Shown here in pieces: positions 1-8,769 of a stretch of DNA of 64,000 bases. This stretch comes from Thermoanaerobaculia bacterium (GTDB taxonomy: Bacteria; Acidobacteriota; Thermoanaerobaculia; Multivoradales; JAGPDF01). A model generated the notes under the pieces. That model did not search any database. It saw only the letters and a program-made list of their open reading frames with translations, and was not told the DNA's origin. Position numbers and translations under genes: made by a program. Location of the stretch: contig JBDTQG010000005.1 of NCBI GenBank assembly GCA_039932315.1, positions 21,186 to 85,185 on the forward strand, in the 5' to 3' direction. Positions within the stretch are counted from its first letter, which is position 1. Each line of letters begins with the position of its first letter.

Positions 1-1
1 C

Positions 2-514
2 ATGGCCGATACCGAATGGTGGCAACGGGGGCCGATCGCCGGCATTCCGGCCGTCCTGCAGCCCGTGGCGCACATCCTGTTGCAGGCGGAGGAAAGCGCC
101 CGGGAGCTCACGGACGGTCTGACGCTCGCGCAGTGGAATGCGCGACCTGCCGGAGTCGCGTCGGTGGCTTTTCACGTGCGGCACGTAGCCGGAGTCATCG
201 ATCGGCTGTTCACCTACGCGCGCGGGAACGCGCTCTCTCCGGAACAGTTCGCCTCGATCAGGCTCGAAGGCGCCGAGATGGATTCTGCTGGAATCGCGGC
301 AGCGCTCGACGCCCTGTCGACGCGCGTCGCGTCGGCGGTAGGCGAATTGCGAACGATCGATCCTGCGATTCTCGGGGATTTCCGCGGCGTCGGGCGGGCG
401 CGGCTGCCATCGACGGTGATCGGTTGCCTCGTCCACGGCGCCGAACACTCGATGCGCCACATCGGTCAACTGTCGGTCACGGTGCGTGTTGTCCGCTCCA
501 CGAGCGCGATCTGA
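2..514 (+). CDS. DinB_2-like superfamily protein
   Basis: 170-aa ORF from the ATG at position 2. His-containing motifs are typical of DinB/YfiT four-helix-bundle proteins (FHVRHVAG early, HGAEHSMRH near the C-terminus). Third positions are G/C-rich. Confidence 0.7.
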   Translation: MADTEWWQRGPIAGIPAVLQPVAHILLQAEESARELTDGLTLAQWNARPAGVASVAFHVRHVAGVIDRLFTYARGNALSPEQFASIRLEGAEMDSAGIAAALDALSTRVASAVGELRTIDPAILGDFRGVGRARLPSTVIGCLVHGAEHSMRHIGQLSVTVRVVRSTSAI

Positions 515-587
515 TGAATTTCAGAGAGGCGCGCCCGCTCCCCCATGGACCCGTTGTTCAACCAGCCGCCGGACTCCAAAGGACCTC

Positions 588-974
588 ATGACGATCGTTC
601 GACACAATCCCGCGGGCGTCTTCCCTCCCTACCGCGCCTACAGTCATGCCATGGAAGTGCGCGGCGACGCGCGGATTCTCTTCGTCAGCGGGCTGAACGG
701 CTACAGGGAAGACGGAACGAGCATGCCGGATTCCTTCGAAGAACAGGCGGAGCTGATCTGGGGACATATCCGCACGATTCTCGCGTCCGCGAACATGGAG
801 ATGACGAATATCGTCTCCCTGCGCACCTATCTCGCAGATCCGAAATATGACGAGCCGAACGCGCTGATGCGGGTCCGGTTCCTCGGTGGCCACAGGCCCG
901 CGTCGACAGTCGTCTGCTGCCAGCTGCTCGAGCTGATGTGGAAGCTCGAGGTCGAAGTCGTCGCTGCCACCTGA
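588..974 (+). CDS. RidA/YjgF/UK114 family protein
   Basis: Internal ATG 588 of ORF 486..974. YSHAMEVRGD-ILFVSGLNG ... IWGHIRTIL ... NIVSLRTYL fits the RidA fold pattern. The 34 upstream codons are Arg/Pro-rich and look non-coding. Confidence 0.75.
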   Translation: MTIVRHNPAGVFPPYRAYSHAMEVRGDARILFVSGLNGYREDGTSMPDSFEEQAELIWGHIRTILASANMEMTNIVSLRTYLADPKYDEPNALMRVRFLGGHRPASTVVCCQLLELMWKLEVEVVAAT

Positions 975-1011
975 TCGCCGCGCGACCCGGCGCGATCGTG
1001 GACAATTGAAA

Positions 1012-1536
1012 ATGGCGAACCTCGAACCTCCCCGCTGCCTGCGGTCCGTGGTCGCGCGCGCCGTCGCCGATCCCGGACTCGAGCTCGACGCCGTCGTCGA
1101 CGAGTGGACCAGCGTCTTCTACGCTCTCGCCTGTTCATGCGGCAGCTCCCGGTTCGCCGTGCGGAGCTTCATTTACCGTGAGGAGTTTCTCGAACAGGAC
1201 CGGGCGTACGGTCCGATGGCGATCGCGTGCGCAGAATGCGATCGGAAGAGCGAGATCTTCGACCCGGAGCGTCACGGTTTCGATGTGGAGATCGACCACT
1301 TCCCCAAGCCCGGACCGTATCGAGGAACCCTGAGAGAGTTCGCTTGCGCGAGCTGCTCCGGAAAAACGTTCGCGCTCGTCGCGCGGTTTCAGTACCCGGA
1401 TGAAGTGCTGAATCCGCTGCGCGGGCCGGCCGGTTTCAATGCCGCGCGCGAGGACCTCTTCAGCTACTTCAGCCTTCTCGGGACCTGCGGCGCGTGTGAG
1501 GCGGGCGTCACGATCGCGTCGATTGAATGCTCGTAG
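1012..1536 (+). CDS. hypothetical Cys-rich protein with two zinc-ribbon-like halves
   Basis: ORF 1006..1536 (TTG) with an ATG at 1012. Four Cys pairs (CSC, CAEC, CASC, CGAC) are arranged as an internal duplication. Confidence 0.5.
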   Translation: MANLEPPRCLRSVVARAVADPGLELDAVVDEWTSVFYALACSCGSSRFAVRSFIYREEFLEQDRAYGPMAIACAECDRKSEIFDPERHGFDVEIDHFPKPGPYRGTLREFACASCSGKTFALVARFQYPDEVLNPLRGPAGFNAAREDLFSYFSLLGTCGACEAGVTIASIECS

Positions 1537-1650
1537 TCTCCGTGGGTGTGGCTGCAGGTGCTGGCGCGCTCACGCTCGGGCGAAGCTGGCGGCCTCATTC
1601 CCGCCACACTCCCGGGTGACAATGCGGGGCATGAAACGTGAGTCCGGTCG

Positions 1651-3084
1651 ATGAAGAGGTCCACGATCGTCGGCGGCAGCCTCTTCGGGATGGTCGCGCT
1701 GATCTCGCTGATCTCGCTGATCTCGCTGATCATCCACAACAACGTCCGCCCTGAGGTCCGCCATGAAGTCCGCGAAGAGAGTCGCGACGGTGTCGCTCCG
1801 GCTCCGCTCGTCGCGACGCCGAAGGCCTCATCGCCGGGAGAGCATCCGGTGGAATCTTCGGGAATCCTCTTCGGCCGCATCACGACCGTCGACGGAGGCC
1901 GCTATGAAGGCCGGTTGCGATGGGCTGGCGATGACGAGGCGTACTGGAGTCACACTTTCAACGGCAAGAAAGCCGAGAACCGTTGGGCCGCGGAGGTCCC
2001 GGCCGGGCGCCTGCCCAGGGTCTCCACGCCGATCCGGATCTTCGGTGTCCAGATCGCCCACCGCGAGCACCTGCTCGATATGGACCGGCTCTTTTTCGTG
2101 CACTTCGGCGACATCGCGCGGATCGATGCGCTCGGAATCCGGGTCCGTCTGACGCTGAAGAGCGGGATGAAGGTCGATCTCGACCGGCTCGAGGCGAGTG
2201 ATTTCGACGATGGCATCCGGGTGTGGGACGGCACGCGCGGCGTCGTCGATCTCGACAGCTCGCGGATCCGCGTCATCGAATTTCTGCCGACACCTGCGCT
2301 CGGAGACGCCGAGGTTCCGGTGCGGCTTTACGGCTCGGTACGCGCCCGGGCGGGCAAGTTCACCGGCTTCGTGCAGTGGAACCGGCAAAACGGCGCCGGC
2401 AGCGACGAGCTCGTGGGGCGTAGCGACGACGGAGAAGTCCGCCCGCGCTTCGACTCGATCCGTTCGATCGTCCGGCGTTCCCCGGCGACCTCTCTCGTGA
2501 CGTTTCGCGACGGGCGCGAGACCGTGCTCTCCGGAACGCGAGCCGTCGGCGAGGGAAATCGCGGCGTCTACGTCGACGACGATCGATACGGACGCGTCAG
2601 TGTCTCGTGGGATGCGTTCGAAAGCATCGACTTCGGAGCGGTTGCACCGTCCGATACCGGTCCGGCTTACGCCGATTTCCCGCCCGGCCGTGCGCTCTCC
2701 GGCAGCGTCACGACCCGCGACGGTCGCCACCTCGCCGGTCGCCTCGTCTACGACCTCGACGAGAGCGAAACCACCGAGACTCTCGATGCCCCCGCACACG
2801 GTGTGGACTTCTCGATCCCTTTCGGCCGCATCGTCAGCATCGCGCTGCCGGATCCCGACGACCACAGCGACCTGCACGCGATGGTGACACTGGACAGTGG
2901 AGAAGCGCTGCAGCTCGAGCTCGGAGGCGACCTCGGGCCGAAAAACGGCGGCCTGCTGATCTTCGCCGACGGCGCGTCGTCGCCGGAGTACCTCGCCTGG
3001 AGCGAAATCCGGAGGATCGACTTCGACCGATCGCCGGACTCTGGCGGCATGCGGGGCGCGCCGTCGCCTTCGATGTCAAAATAG
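1651..3084 (+). CDS. membrane-anchored internal-repeat protein, unknown function
   Basis: 477-aa ORF with an N-terminal hydrophobic anchor (VALISLISLISLII). Repeated beta-rich units follow (FGRITTVDGGRYEGRLRW / YGSVRARAGKFTGFVQW / SGSVTTRDGRHLAGRLVY, each followed by F-x-x-I-x-x-I-like strands). The antisense 349-aa ORF is judged a shadow. Confidence 0.6.
   Translation: MKRSTIVGGSLFGMVALISLISLISLIIHNNVRPEVRHEVREESRDGVAPAPLVATPKASSPGEHPVESSGILFGRITTVDGGRYEGRLRWAGDDEAYWSHTFNGKKAENRWAAEVPAGRLPRVSTPIRIFGVQIAHREHLLDMDRLFFVHFGDIARIDALGIRVRLTLKSGMKVDLDRLEASDFDDGIRVWDGTRGVVDLDSSRIRVIEFLPTPALGDAEVPVRLYGSVRARAGKFTGFVQWNRQNGAGSDELVGRSDDGEVRPRFDSIRSIVRRSPATSLVTFRDGRETVLSGTRAVGEGNRGVYVDDDRYGRVSVSWDAFESIDFGAVAPSDTGPAYADFPPGRALSGSVTTRDGRHLAGRLVYDLDESETTETLDAPAHGVDFSIPFGRIVSIALPDPDDHSDLHAMVTLDSGEALQLELGGDLGPKNGGLLIFADGASSPEYLAWSEIRRIDFDRSPDSGGMRGAPSPSMSK
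1697..1731 (+). repeat. 9-bp in-frame tandem repeat (cgctgatct, about 3.9 copies) encoding LISLISLISLI
   Basis: Read directly: cgctgatct cgctgatct cgctgatct cgctgatc. It lies inside the predicted membrane anchor of the 477-aa protein and is followed by a 12-bp periodic stretch encoding VRPEVRHEVREE. Confidence 0.9.
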
Positions 3085-3089
3085 ACTTC

Positions 3090-3545
3090 ATGGACGCCCA
3101 TCGACTCTCCGGCAGAGATCGCGACTTCCTTCTCGCTTTCGAAACCTGCGCCATCGCGCCGGGCGACTTCAGTCATGAAGCGCATGTGCGGATCGGGTAC
3201 TCGTACCTCGTGGAGAACGACGACGAGGCGGCCGTCGAGAAGATGCGTGCGGCGCTGCTGCACTTTCTCGCTCACCACGGCGTTCCGCGGGAAAAATTTC
3301 ACGAGACGCTCACCCGCGCCTGGGTGCTTGCGGTCCGGCATTTCATGAACCGGGGCGCGACCGCCTCTGCCGACGAGTTCATTGCCGCGAACCCGGAGCT
3401 TCTCGACAGCAGGATCATGCTCACGCACTATTCCGCGAGCGTGCTGTTCTCGCCCGACGCCCGCGCGGGATTCGTCGCTCCCGACATCCAGCCCATCCCA
3501 CCGCCGGACGAGCGGCGGCTTCCGGGTGCTGCGCCGAAATTCTGA
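3090..3545 (+). CDS. hypothetical protein
   Basis: ATG 3090 lies 5 nt after the TAG of the upstream same-strand gene. 151 aa with normal-looking composition; no family recognised by eye. Confidence 0.5.
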   Translation: MDAHRLSGRDRDFLLAFETCAIAPGDFSHEAHVRIGYSYLVENDDEAAVEKMRAALLHFLAHHGVPREKFHETLTRAWVLAVRHFMNRGATASADEFIAANPELLDSRIMLTHYSASVLFSPDARAGFVAPDIQPIPPPDERRLPGAAPKF

Positions 3546-3571
3546 TCCGTTCCGCGGATCGAGGAGGGCCC

Positions 3572-4237
3572 ATGAGCTTCCGTCTGGTCGCGCTCTTGAC
3601 ACTCGTGGCAAGCACCGGCGTCGCGCAGGAGCAGATCCTGGCGGTCGAGGACGAGCCGAATCACCGGCTGATCTTCAGGAACGAGTACCTGCAGGCCTTC
3701 CGGGTCACGCTCTCTCCCGGCGCCTCGAGTCTCATGCACACGCACAGGCACGACGATGTTGCGGTGCGGTTGAGCGATGCCACCATGACAGCCGAGGTCC
3801 CGGGACAGCCCGCCGCGGCGCCGCAGCCTTTCCGGCTCGGCATCGTTTCCGCGCGAGACAACGAGGCGAAGCCCTTCACTCATCGCATGCACAACATCGG
3901 GACGACGCCGTTCGACGTCGTCGATGTCCAGATCATGAGCCGCCCTGTGGGCGCGGAGAGCCCGCCCATCGCGGAGGCCGCGGCCGAGAACCCGAAGATG
4001 CGCGTCTACCGGTACGAGCTCGCACCCGGCGCCAGCAGCCCGCAGCACACGTATTCGCGCCCCTATCTCCTCGTTGCGGCGACGGCGGCGCATCTTCGCA
4101 TCGCTTTGCCCGGCGGGAAGGCGATCGATCAGCCGCTCGACGCGGGGGACCTTCACTGGGTCGCCGATCCGGTGACCCACAGCTACACGAATCAAGGTGC
4201 TGCCCGAGCGATCTTCGTCGAGATCGAGCTCAAGTAG
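3572..4237 (+). CDS. secreted cupin-domain protein
   Basis: Signal-peptide-like N-terminus (LVALLTLVASTGVAQ). His-rich beta-strand motifs (MHTHRHDD, HRMHNIG, QHTY) suggest two cupin-like halves. Confidence 0.6.
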   Translation: MSFRLVALLTLVASTGVAQEQILAVEDEPNHRLIFRNEYLQAFRVTLSPGASSLMHTHRHDDVAVRLSDATMTAEVPGQPAAAPQPFRLGIVSARDNEAKPFTHRMHNIGTTPFDVVDVQIMSRPVGAESPPIAEAAAENPKMRVYRYELAPGASSPQHTYSRPYLLVAATAAHLRIALPGGKAIDQPLDAGDLHWVADPVTHSYTNQGAARAIFVEIELK

Positions 4238-4401
4238 CAGCGGTCCTGGCCGAGAGGTGTACGGAAGCAATCGCAGCGTTCGACCGTAGGGAGCGTATGG
4301 AGGGGCGAGGACATGTTCCGATGCTGCCCTTGAAGAGTGTGTCGGCGGGCGTGGACTTCGATCGCGAGACCTGACTTCACGCGGCGAGATGCCCGGCGGA
4401 A

Positions 4402-5145
4402 CTATGCCGGAGACTCGAGGAGCACTTCGTCGTCGAGCGCGACACGGCCCGGCTCGACCGTCGAACCGTAGACACCGACACAGCCCTGACGTTCCTGGGC
4501 CACGTGACGCAGGATCGCCGGATTGCGTTCCATCGTCACCGGATCGATCGTGATGATGACGCAGCGACCGTCGCGTTTGTCGATGCGAAAGCGCAGCCCG
4601 CCGATGCGCAGAACAGCTCCGACCCAGCCGTCTTCGAGGAACGGAGCGTCGACGCTGGATTCGACGAGGAAGTTCGGGCGGAAGCGCTGGACGTCGAGCG
4701 GGGAACCCCCCAATTCGCGGATCGATCGGCCGATCCGGTCGAGCGTCTGAGTCGTGACGAGAGAGAGCGGAAAGGTGTCGAAAATGCCGCGGTCCTGTCG
4801 GATGACGGCGGCTCCGCCGGGGCTGAGCTCTTCGGCGAGGGCCGGATCGGTGACCTCGAATCGCGCGCCTCGCGGAGTGCAGACGACGGTCGGCGAGGAG
4901 TCGGGTCGCGCCGGATCGGTGAAGACCGCGCGGTAGTGACTCATGTCGGCACGGTCCCGGATCGTGAGCCAGGGGAAGCCACTCTGCGGGACGCCGCGAC
5001 GAACGAACGCCCATCGACGATCGCCGGCGAGGCCGTGCCACGAGACATCCACCTCGGTCAGCGGTTCCGCCGCCATCGATTTGACGGGATATCGCCACAA
5101 ACCTACGACACGTCCGATCCGCTGGGTGTTTCGGGATCCGTCCAT
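4402..5145 (-). CDS. MOSC domain-containing protein
   Basis: VVGLWRYPVKSM at the N-terminus (MOSC_N beta-barrel signature). DGRCVIITIDPVT carries the conserved Cys, and the GCVGVYG tail is typical of MOSC. Confidence 0.8.
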   Translation of the reverse strand: MDGSRNTQRIGRVVGLWRYPVKSMAAEPLTEVDVSWHGLAGDRRWAFVRRGVPQSGFPWLTIRDRADMSHYRAVFTDPARPDSSPTVVCTPRGARFEVTDPALAEELSPGGAAVIRQDRGIFDTFPLSLVTTQTLDRIGRSIRELGGSPLDVQRFRPNFLVESSVDAPFLEDGWVGAVLRIGGLRFRIDKRDGRCVIITIDPVTMERNPAILRHVAQERQGCVGVYGSTVEPGRVALDDEVLLESPA

Positions 5146-5450
5146 GGAGCCACCTCGGGGGAGGCGCCCTTACCCTTCGAACCTGCATCGAGCGTGGCGG
5201 ACCGGGTCCGCTGCAGCGCCTCTCGACGGAGGGTGTGCGCCGCCGGCGGCAGCGCTACGGAGCAAGAAACGGAGCAGAACAGGAATGGCGCTCGTCGTCA
5301 ACGGGCGGCGGCGATGCCGATCGCCCGACAAGGGCATTCGAGACGGTCAGAGCCATGACGAACGGGAGTTGCGTCCGCGGGCAGGGGACCGCATGATCCT
5401 CGCGTCCGCTGCACGGCTTTCGTCGCCGGACTTCCACCCGAGGATTGCGC

Positions 5451-5888
5451 ATGTCCCGAGAAATCGTTTTTACGGAGAAGGCTCCGAGGCCGCCGGCCAC
5501 CTACAGTCAGGCGGTCAAGGCTGCGGGACTCGTCTTCGTTTCCGGCACGGGACCCCACGATCCTGCGACCGGACTCATCGAAGGCGCGACGATCCAGGAG
5601 CAGACCCGGCAATGTCTGACGAACATCTCGGCCATTCTGGCGGCGTCCGGGAGTGGCATGGATGAGATCGTCAGCGCCACGGTCATCCTTGCGGACGAGG
5701 AAGAGTTCGCCGGGATGAACGAGGAGTGGCTGCGGTGGTTTCCGGAGCGTCCGCCGGCCCGCCAGGGCGCGAAGCTGCCGGTGCGCATTCCGGGTTTGAA
5801 GATTTCGATCGCGGTGATCGGAAAGTGGGGAACGAGTGCTTCAGCCGTCGAAGGAAAGCCGGACGCCGCGCGCCCCGCAATCTCCTGA
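5451..5888 (+). CDS. RidA/YjgF family protein (second paralog)
   Basis: ATG 5451 within ORF 5445..5888. TEKAPRPPATYSQAVKAAGLVFVSGTGPHDP...IQEQTRQCLTNISAIL is a classic RidA N-terminal pattern. Confidence 0.8.
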   Translation: MSREIVFTEKAPRPPATYSQAVKAAGLVFVSGTGPHDPATGLIEGATIQEQTRQCLTNISAILAASGSGMDEIVSATVILADEEEFAGMNEEWLRWFPERPPARQGAKLPVRIPGLKISIAVIGKWGTSASAVEGKPDAARPAIS

Positions 5889-5928
5889 GCTCTTCACGAG
5901 AGACGACGAAGGATCTACCGGAGACTTC

Positions 5929-6345
5929 ATGCCCAGAACGTCCGCGGTCCACTCGAGCGTCCATCGCATCCGGTTTTCGGATCTCGATCCCTACAAACAC
6001 ATGCGCACGGCCATGTACGGGGCGTACTACGTCGACCACCGGATGAGCGCGTTGCGCGAGCAGGCCGGGTGGGATCTGAAGACGCTGGAGAGCCTCCCGT
6101 TCATGACCTTCGTGAAACGTCTCGACATCGAGTTCCTCCGGCCGGTTGTCGGCGACCAGGAGATCCGCATCACCTCCTGCGTCGATCGCTTCGACGGCCC
6201 GGATGCCATCATCGAGTGCACGATGGCGGACGAAAAGGGAAGAGCGTCGTCCCGGTGCCACATGGTCGTTTCGTATGTCGACCGCGGAACCGGTCGATCC
6301 GCCGATTGGCCGGCTGCCGTCGCCGACCTCTTCTTCACTAGCTGA
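5929..6345 (+). CDS. hotdog-fold acyl-CoA thioesterase (4HBT-like)
   Basis: Internal ATG 5929. HRIRFSDLDPYKHMRTAMYGAYY resembles the 4HBT/YbgC active-site region. Size is about 138 aa. Confidence 0.65.
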   Translation: MPRTSAVHSSVHRIRFSDLDPYKHMRTAMYGAYYVDHRMSALREQAGWDLKTLESLPFMTFVKRLDIEFLRPVVGDQEIRITSCVDRFDGPDAIIECTMADEKGRASSRCHMVVSYVDRGTGRSADWPAAVADLFFTS

Positions 6346-6357
6346 CAGCGGCGCTTC

Positions 6358-6438
6358 GCGGTCATCGCGGTCATCGCGGTCATCGCGGTAGCCGCGGTCA
6401 TCGCGGTAGTCGCGGTCATCGCCGTCGTCGCCGTCACC
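6358..6438. repeat. intergenic 9-bp tandem repeat, 9 units (gcggtcatc consensus)
   Basis: Units read directly: gcggtcatc x3, gcggtagcc, gcggtcatc, gcggtagtc, gcggtcatc, gccgtcgtc, gccgtcacc. It lies between the thioesterase stop (6345) and the GT2 start candidates (6447/6471). Confidence 0.95.
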
Positions 6439-6470
6439 GCTCGACCGTGTTGGGCTACGATCCGCGACTC

Positions 6471-7196
6471 ATGCACTCATCGCGACCGGAATGCCTCTGG
6501 CTAGTGATGCCGGTCTTCAACGAAGAGGCCTCGATCGAACGGGTCCTCGCCGAATGGTTGCCGGCGCTCCGGGAAGCGGTTGGCGTCGATCTGCGGGTCC
6601 TGGCGATCAACGACGGCAGCCGCGACCGCACGCTCGAAAAGCTGCGTGCGATCGAGCGGGCCAATCCGGAAGTCACGGTGCGCGACCAGGCGAACGCCGG
6701 ACACGGCGCCTCCTGCATCGCGGGATATCGCCTCGCACTCTCGTCGGGCGCCGACTGGGTGCTGCAGATCGACTCCGACGGCCAGTGCGATCCGCGTTAC
6801 TTCGCCGCGTTCTGGGAAGCTCGCCGCAACGCGCCCGTGATCTTCGGCTACCGCGTGCGCCGCGACGACGGCTGGAGTCGCTGGGCGATCTCGCGTGTCG
6901 TGAGTCTGGTGAGCTGGCTCGCAGCGGGGATCTGGGTCGGAGACGCCAACGTGCCGTACCGCCTGATGCGCGCTGCCGAGCTGTCCCGGGCCGTGGAGGC
7001 GATGCCGGCGGACATTCAACTCGCGAACGTTCTCATCGCCTTGCGCTTGCAGCGCGCACCGGGAATCGCTTGGATCCCGATCCGGTTCCGCGAACGCCAC
7101 GGCGGCACGCCGTCGATCCGCGCCGGATCGTTCGCGCACCAGGGCCGGCTCCTCTACCGGCAGCTGCGCGCGGAGCGCCGTCGTGTCCCGACCTGA
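6471..7196 (+). CDS. family 2 glycosyltransferase, short DPM1/GtrB-catalytic-domain-like
   Basis: LWLVMPVFNEE, INDGSRDRT and QIDSDGQ fit the GT-A/GT2 pattern. No clear TM helices. Start is uncertain (GTG 6447, ATG 6471); ATG 6507 would truncate the first beta strand. Confidence 0.8.
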   Translation: MHSSRPECLWLVMPVFNEEASIERVLAEWLPALREAVGVDLRVLAINDGSRDRTLEKLRAIERANPEVTVRDQANAGHGASCIAGYRLALSSGADWVLQIDSDGQCDPRYFAAFWEARRNAPVIFGYRVRRDDGWSRWAISRVVSLVSWLAAGIWVGDANVPYRLMRAAELSRAVEAMPADIQLANVLIALRLQRAPGIAWIPIRFRERHGGTPSIRAGSFAHQGRLLYRQLRAERRRVPT

Positions 7197-8769
7197 GGGC
7201 TCCGGGCCGGAAGCGCAACCGGGATTGGCGCTCACCGCGCTCGCGCTCGGTTACCTCGCCCTGCCGCTCGTGCTCTTCGTCGTCGGCTGGCTTCGTCTTT
7301 CGGTGGCGTTGCCGCTCCTCGCGCTCATGGCCGCGACGGGCTGGAGTCTGCGCGACGAGCTTGCCCGCCGTGTCCCGCTCCGGAAGCGCCAGGCGATCGT
7401 CTTCGGCATCGTGGCCGTGCTGTGGGTGGCGCTTTCCGGAGTGAGCGGTCTCGGGCACCGGAACCCGGACTGGGCCAAGCACGACTCGGTCCTCAAGGGC
7501 ATCGTGGAGCAGAGCTGGCCGGTCGTCTACGACATGACGGCGCCGGGGATCGAAGGTCATCGCCACGGCCTCGTCTTCTACCTCGCCTACTACCTCCCTG
7601 CCGGCGCCATCGGCAAGCTTCTCGGTTGGCAGGCCGCGCTGATGGCTCTCGCGCTGTGGACGGCCGCAGGAATCTGGCTCGTTCTCAGCGCATTCTCGCG
7701 CCTCCTCGGCGGTTCACAGTTCGAAAGAGAACGCGCGGGGGAGGGTCCGGTCGCGGCGCCGGGCCGCACAGCGGCTCTGGCGACGTGCCTGTTCGTTTTC
7801 GCGAGCGGGCTCGACGCGGCCGGTTCATGGATTCGCAATGGTCACGGCTTCGCCATCACGGATCACCTCGAGTGGTGGGCCGGGATGTGGCAGTACTCGT
7901 CGAACACGACGCTGCTCTTCTGGGTGCCGCATCAGGCGCTTGCCGGCTGGCTGGCGACGGCGCTCCTTCTCGACGGACTGGATCGGGAAGGCGGCTCGCG
8001 CGCCGCGCCGGTTGTCGTGGCGGCGACACTTCTCTGGTCGCCGTTCGTTGCCCTGGGTTGTCTGCCGATGGCGAGCCTCGGCGTTCTCCGGTCGCGGCGC
8101 GATGCGCTGCGTTTCTGGCCGAACTGGTCGACGGTGCCGGCCATCGGCCTGCTGCTGGTTTTCTACTACAGCGCGCTGCAGCGGGAGCGACTGCCCGCAG
8201 CGCTCGACGCAAGGTTCATTTTCGGAGCGGGTGCAGGTCTCTTCGCACTCTTCGTCGTTCTCGAGTTCGGCGCGCTCTGGTGGCTTGTGCGCCCCGAGCG
8301 GAGCGGAACGGCTTCGCCGTGGATCTGGGGGGCGGTGGGTGGAGCGCTTCTCGTTCTACCCTTCTTCCGCCTGGGGTATTACAACGACTTCGTGATGAGG
8401 ACGTCGATCCCGGCGCTCTTCGCGCTTTGGGTGTTCACCGGCCGGGCGCTTCTCGACCGCGCTCGCGGAGCCTTTTCGCGTGCGGCGCTCCTGGTTCTCC
8501 TGGCGGGCGGCGCGATCACACCGGTCACCGAGATGGCGCGTGCACTCCACGGCTGGCGGCTCGTGCCGCCGACGCTCGCGGCGACACGCGACCTGCCTCT
8601 CGCCCACGCGAACGCCGAGCTCGCGCGGCAGTATCTCGCTCCGCTCGACGCCTTCTTTTTTCGCTATGCCGCCCGGCGCTCCGGCGATTTTCCGGCGGTC
8701 GACCGACCCGAGGGAACGGAGCTTCGGGGCGCTACCGGCTCGCCTGAACGCGCACCGGGGCCGCGGTGA
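7183..8769 (+). CDS. large polytopic membrane protein (candidate GT-C-type glycosyltransferase or polymerase)
   Basis: 528 aa with at least 10 hydrophobic helices. The GTG start overlaps the GT2 stop by 14 nt. No family recognised with certainty. Confidence 0.6.
   Translation: MSRPEGSGPEAQPGLALTALALGYLALPLVLFVVGWLRLSVALPLLALMAATGWSLRDELARRVPLRKRQAIVFGIVAVLWVALSGVSGLGHRNPDWAKHDSVLKGIVEQSWPVVYDMTAPGIEGHRHGLVFYLAYYLPAGAIGKLLGWQAALMALALWTAAGIWLVLSAFSRLLGGSQFERERAGEGPVAAPGRTAALATCLFVFASGLDAAGSWIRNGHGFAITDHLEWWAGMWQYSSNTTLLFWVPHQALAGWLATALLLDGLDREGGSRAAPVVVAATLLWSPFVALGCLPMASLGVLRSRRDALRFWPNWSTVPAIGLLLVFYYSALQRERLPAALDARFIFGAGAGLFALFVVLEFGALWWLVRPERSGTASPWIWGAVGGALLVLPFFRLGYYNDFVMRTSIPALFALWVFTGRALLDRARGAFSRAALLVLLAGGAITPVTEMARALHGWRLVPPTLAATRDLPLAHANAELARQYLAPLDAFFFRYAARRSGDFPAVDRPEGTELRGATGSPERAPGPR

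Noticed and set aside
3428-5188. 586-aa minus-strand ORF spanning the cupin and MOSC loci
   Set aside because: It is Arg/Pro-rich and overlaps two better-supported genes (cupin on plus; MOSC on minus in another frame).
6358-6438. Possible CRISPR array
   Set aside because: The units are 9 bp and directly abutting with no spacers. No cas genes are present in the window.
6027-6476. 149-aa minus-strand ORF whose N-terminus reads (T/A)-A-M-T repeats across the 9-bp repeat
   Set aside because: Most of it is antisense to the thioesterase gene. The repeat-encoded peptide follows automatically from the 9-bp periodicity and is not evidence for coding.
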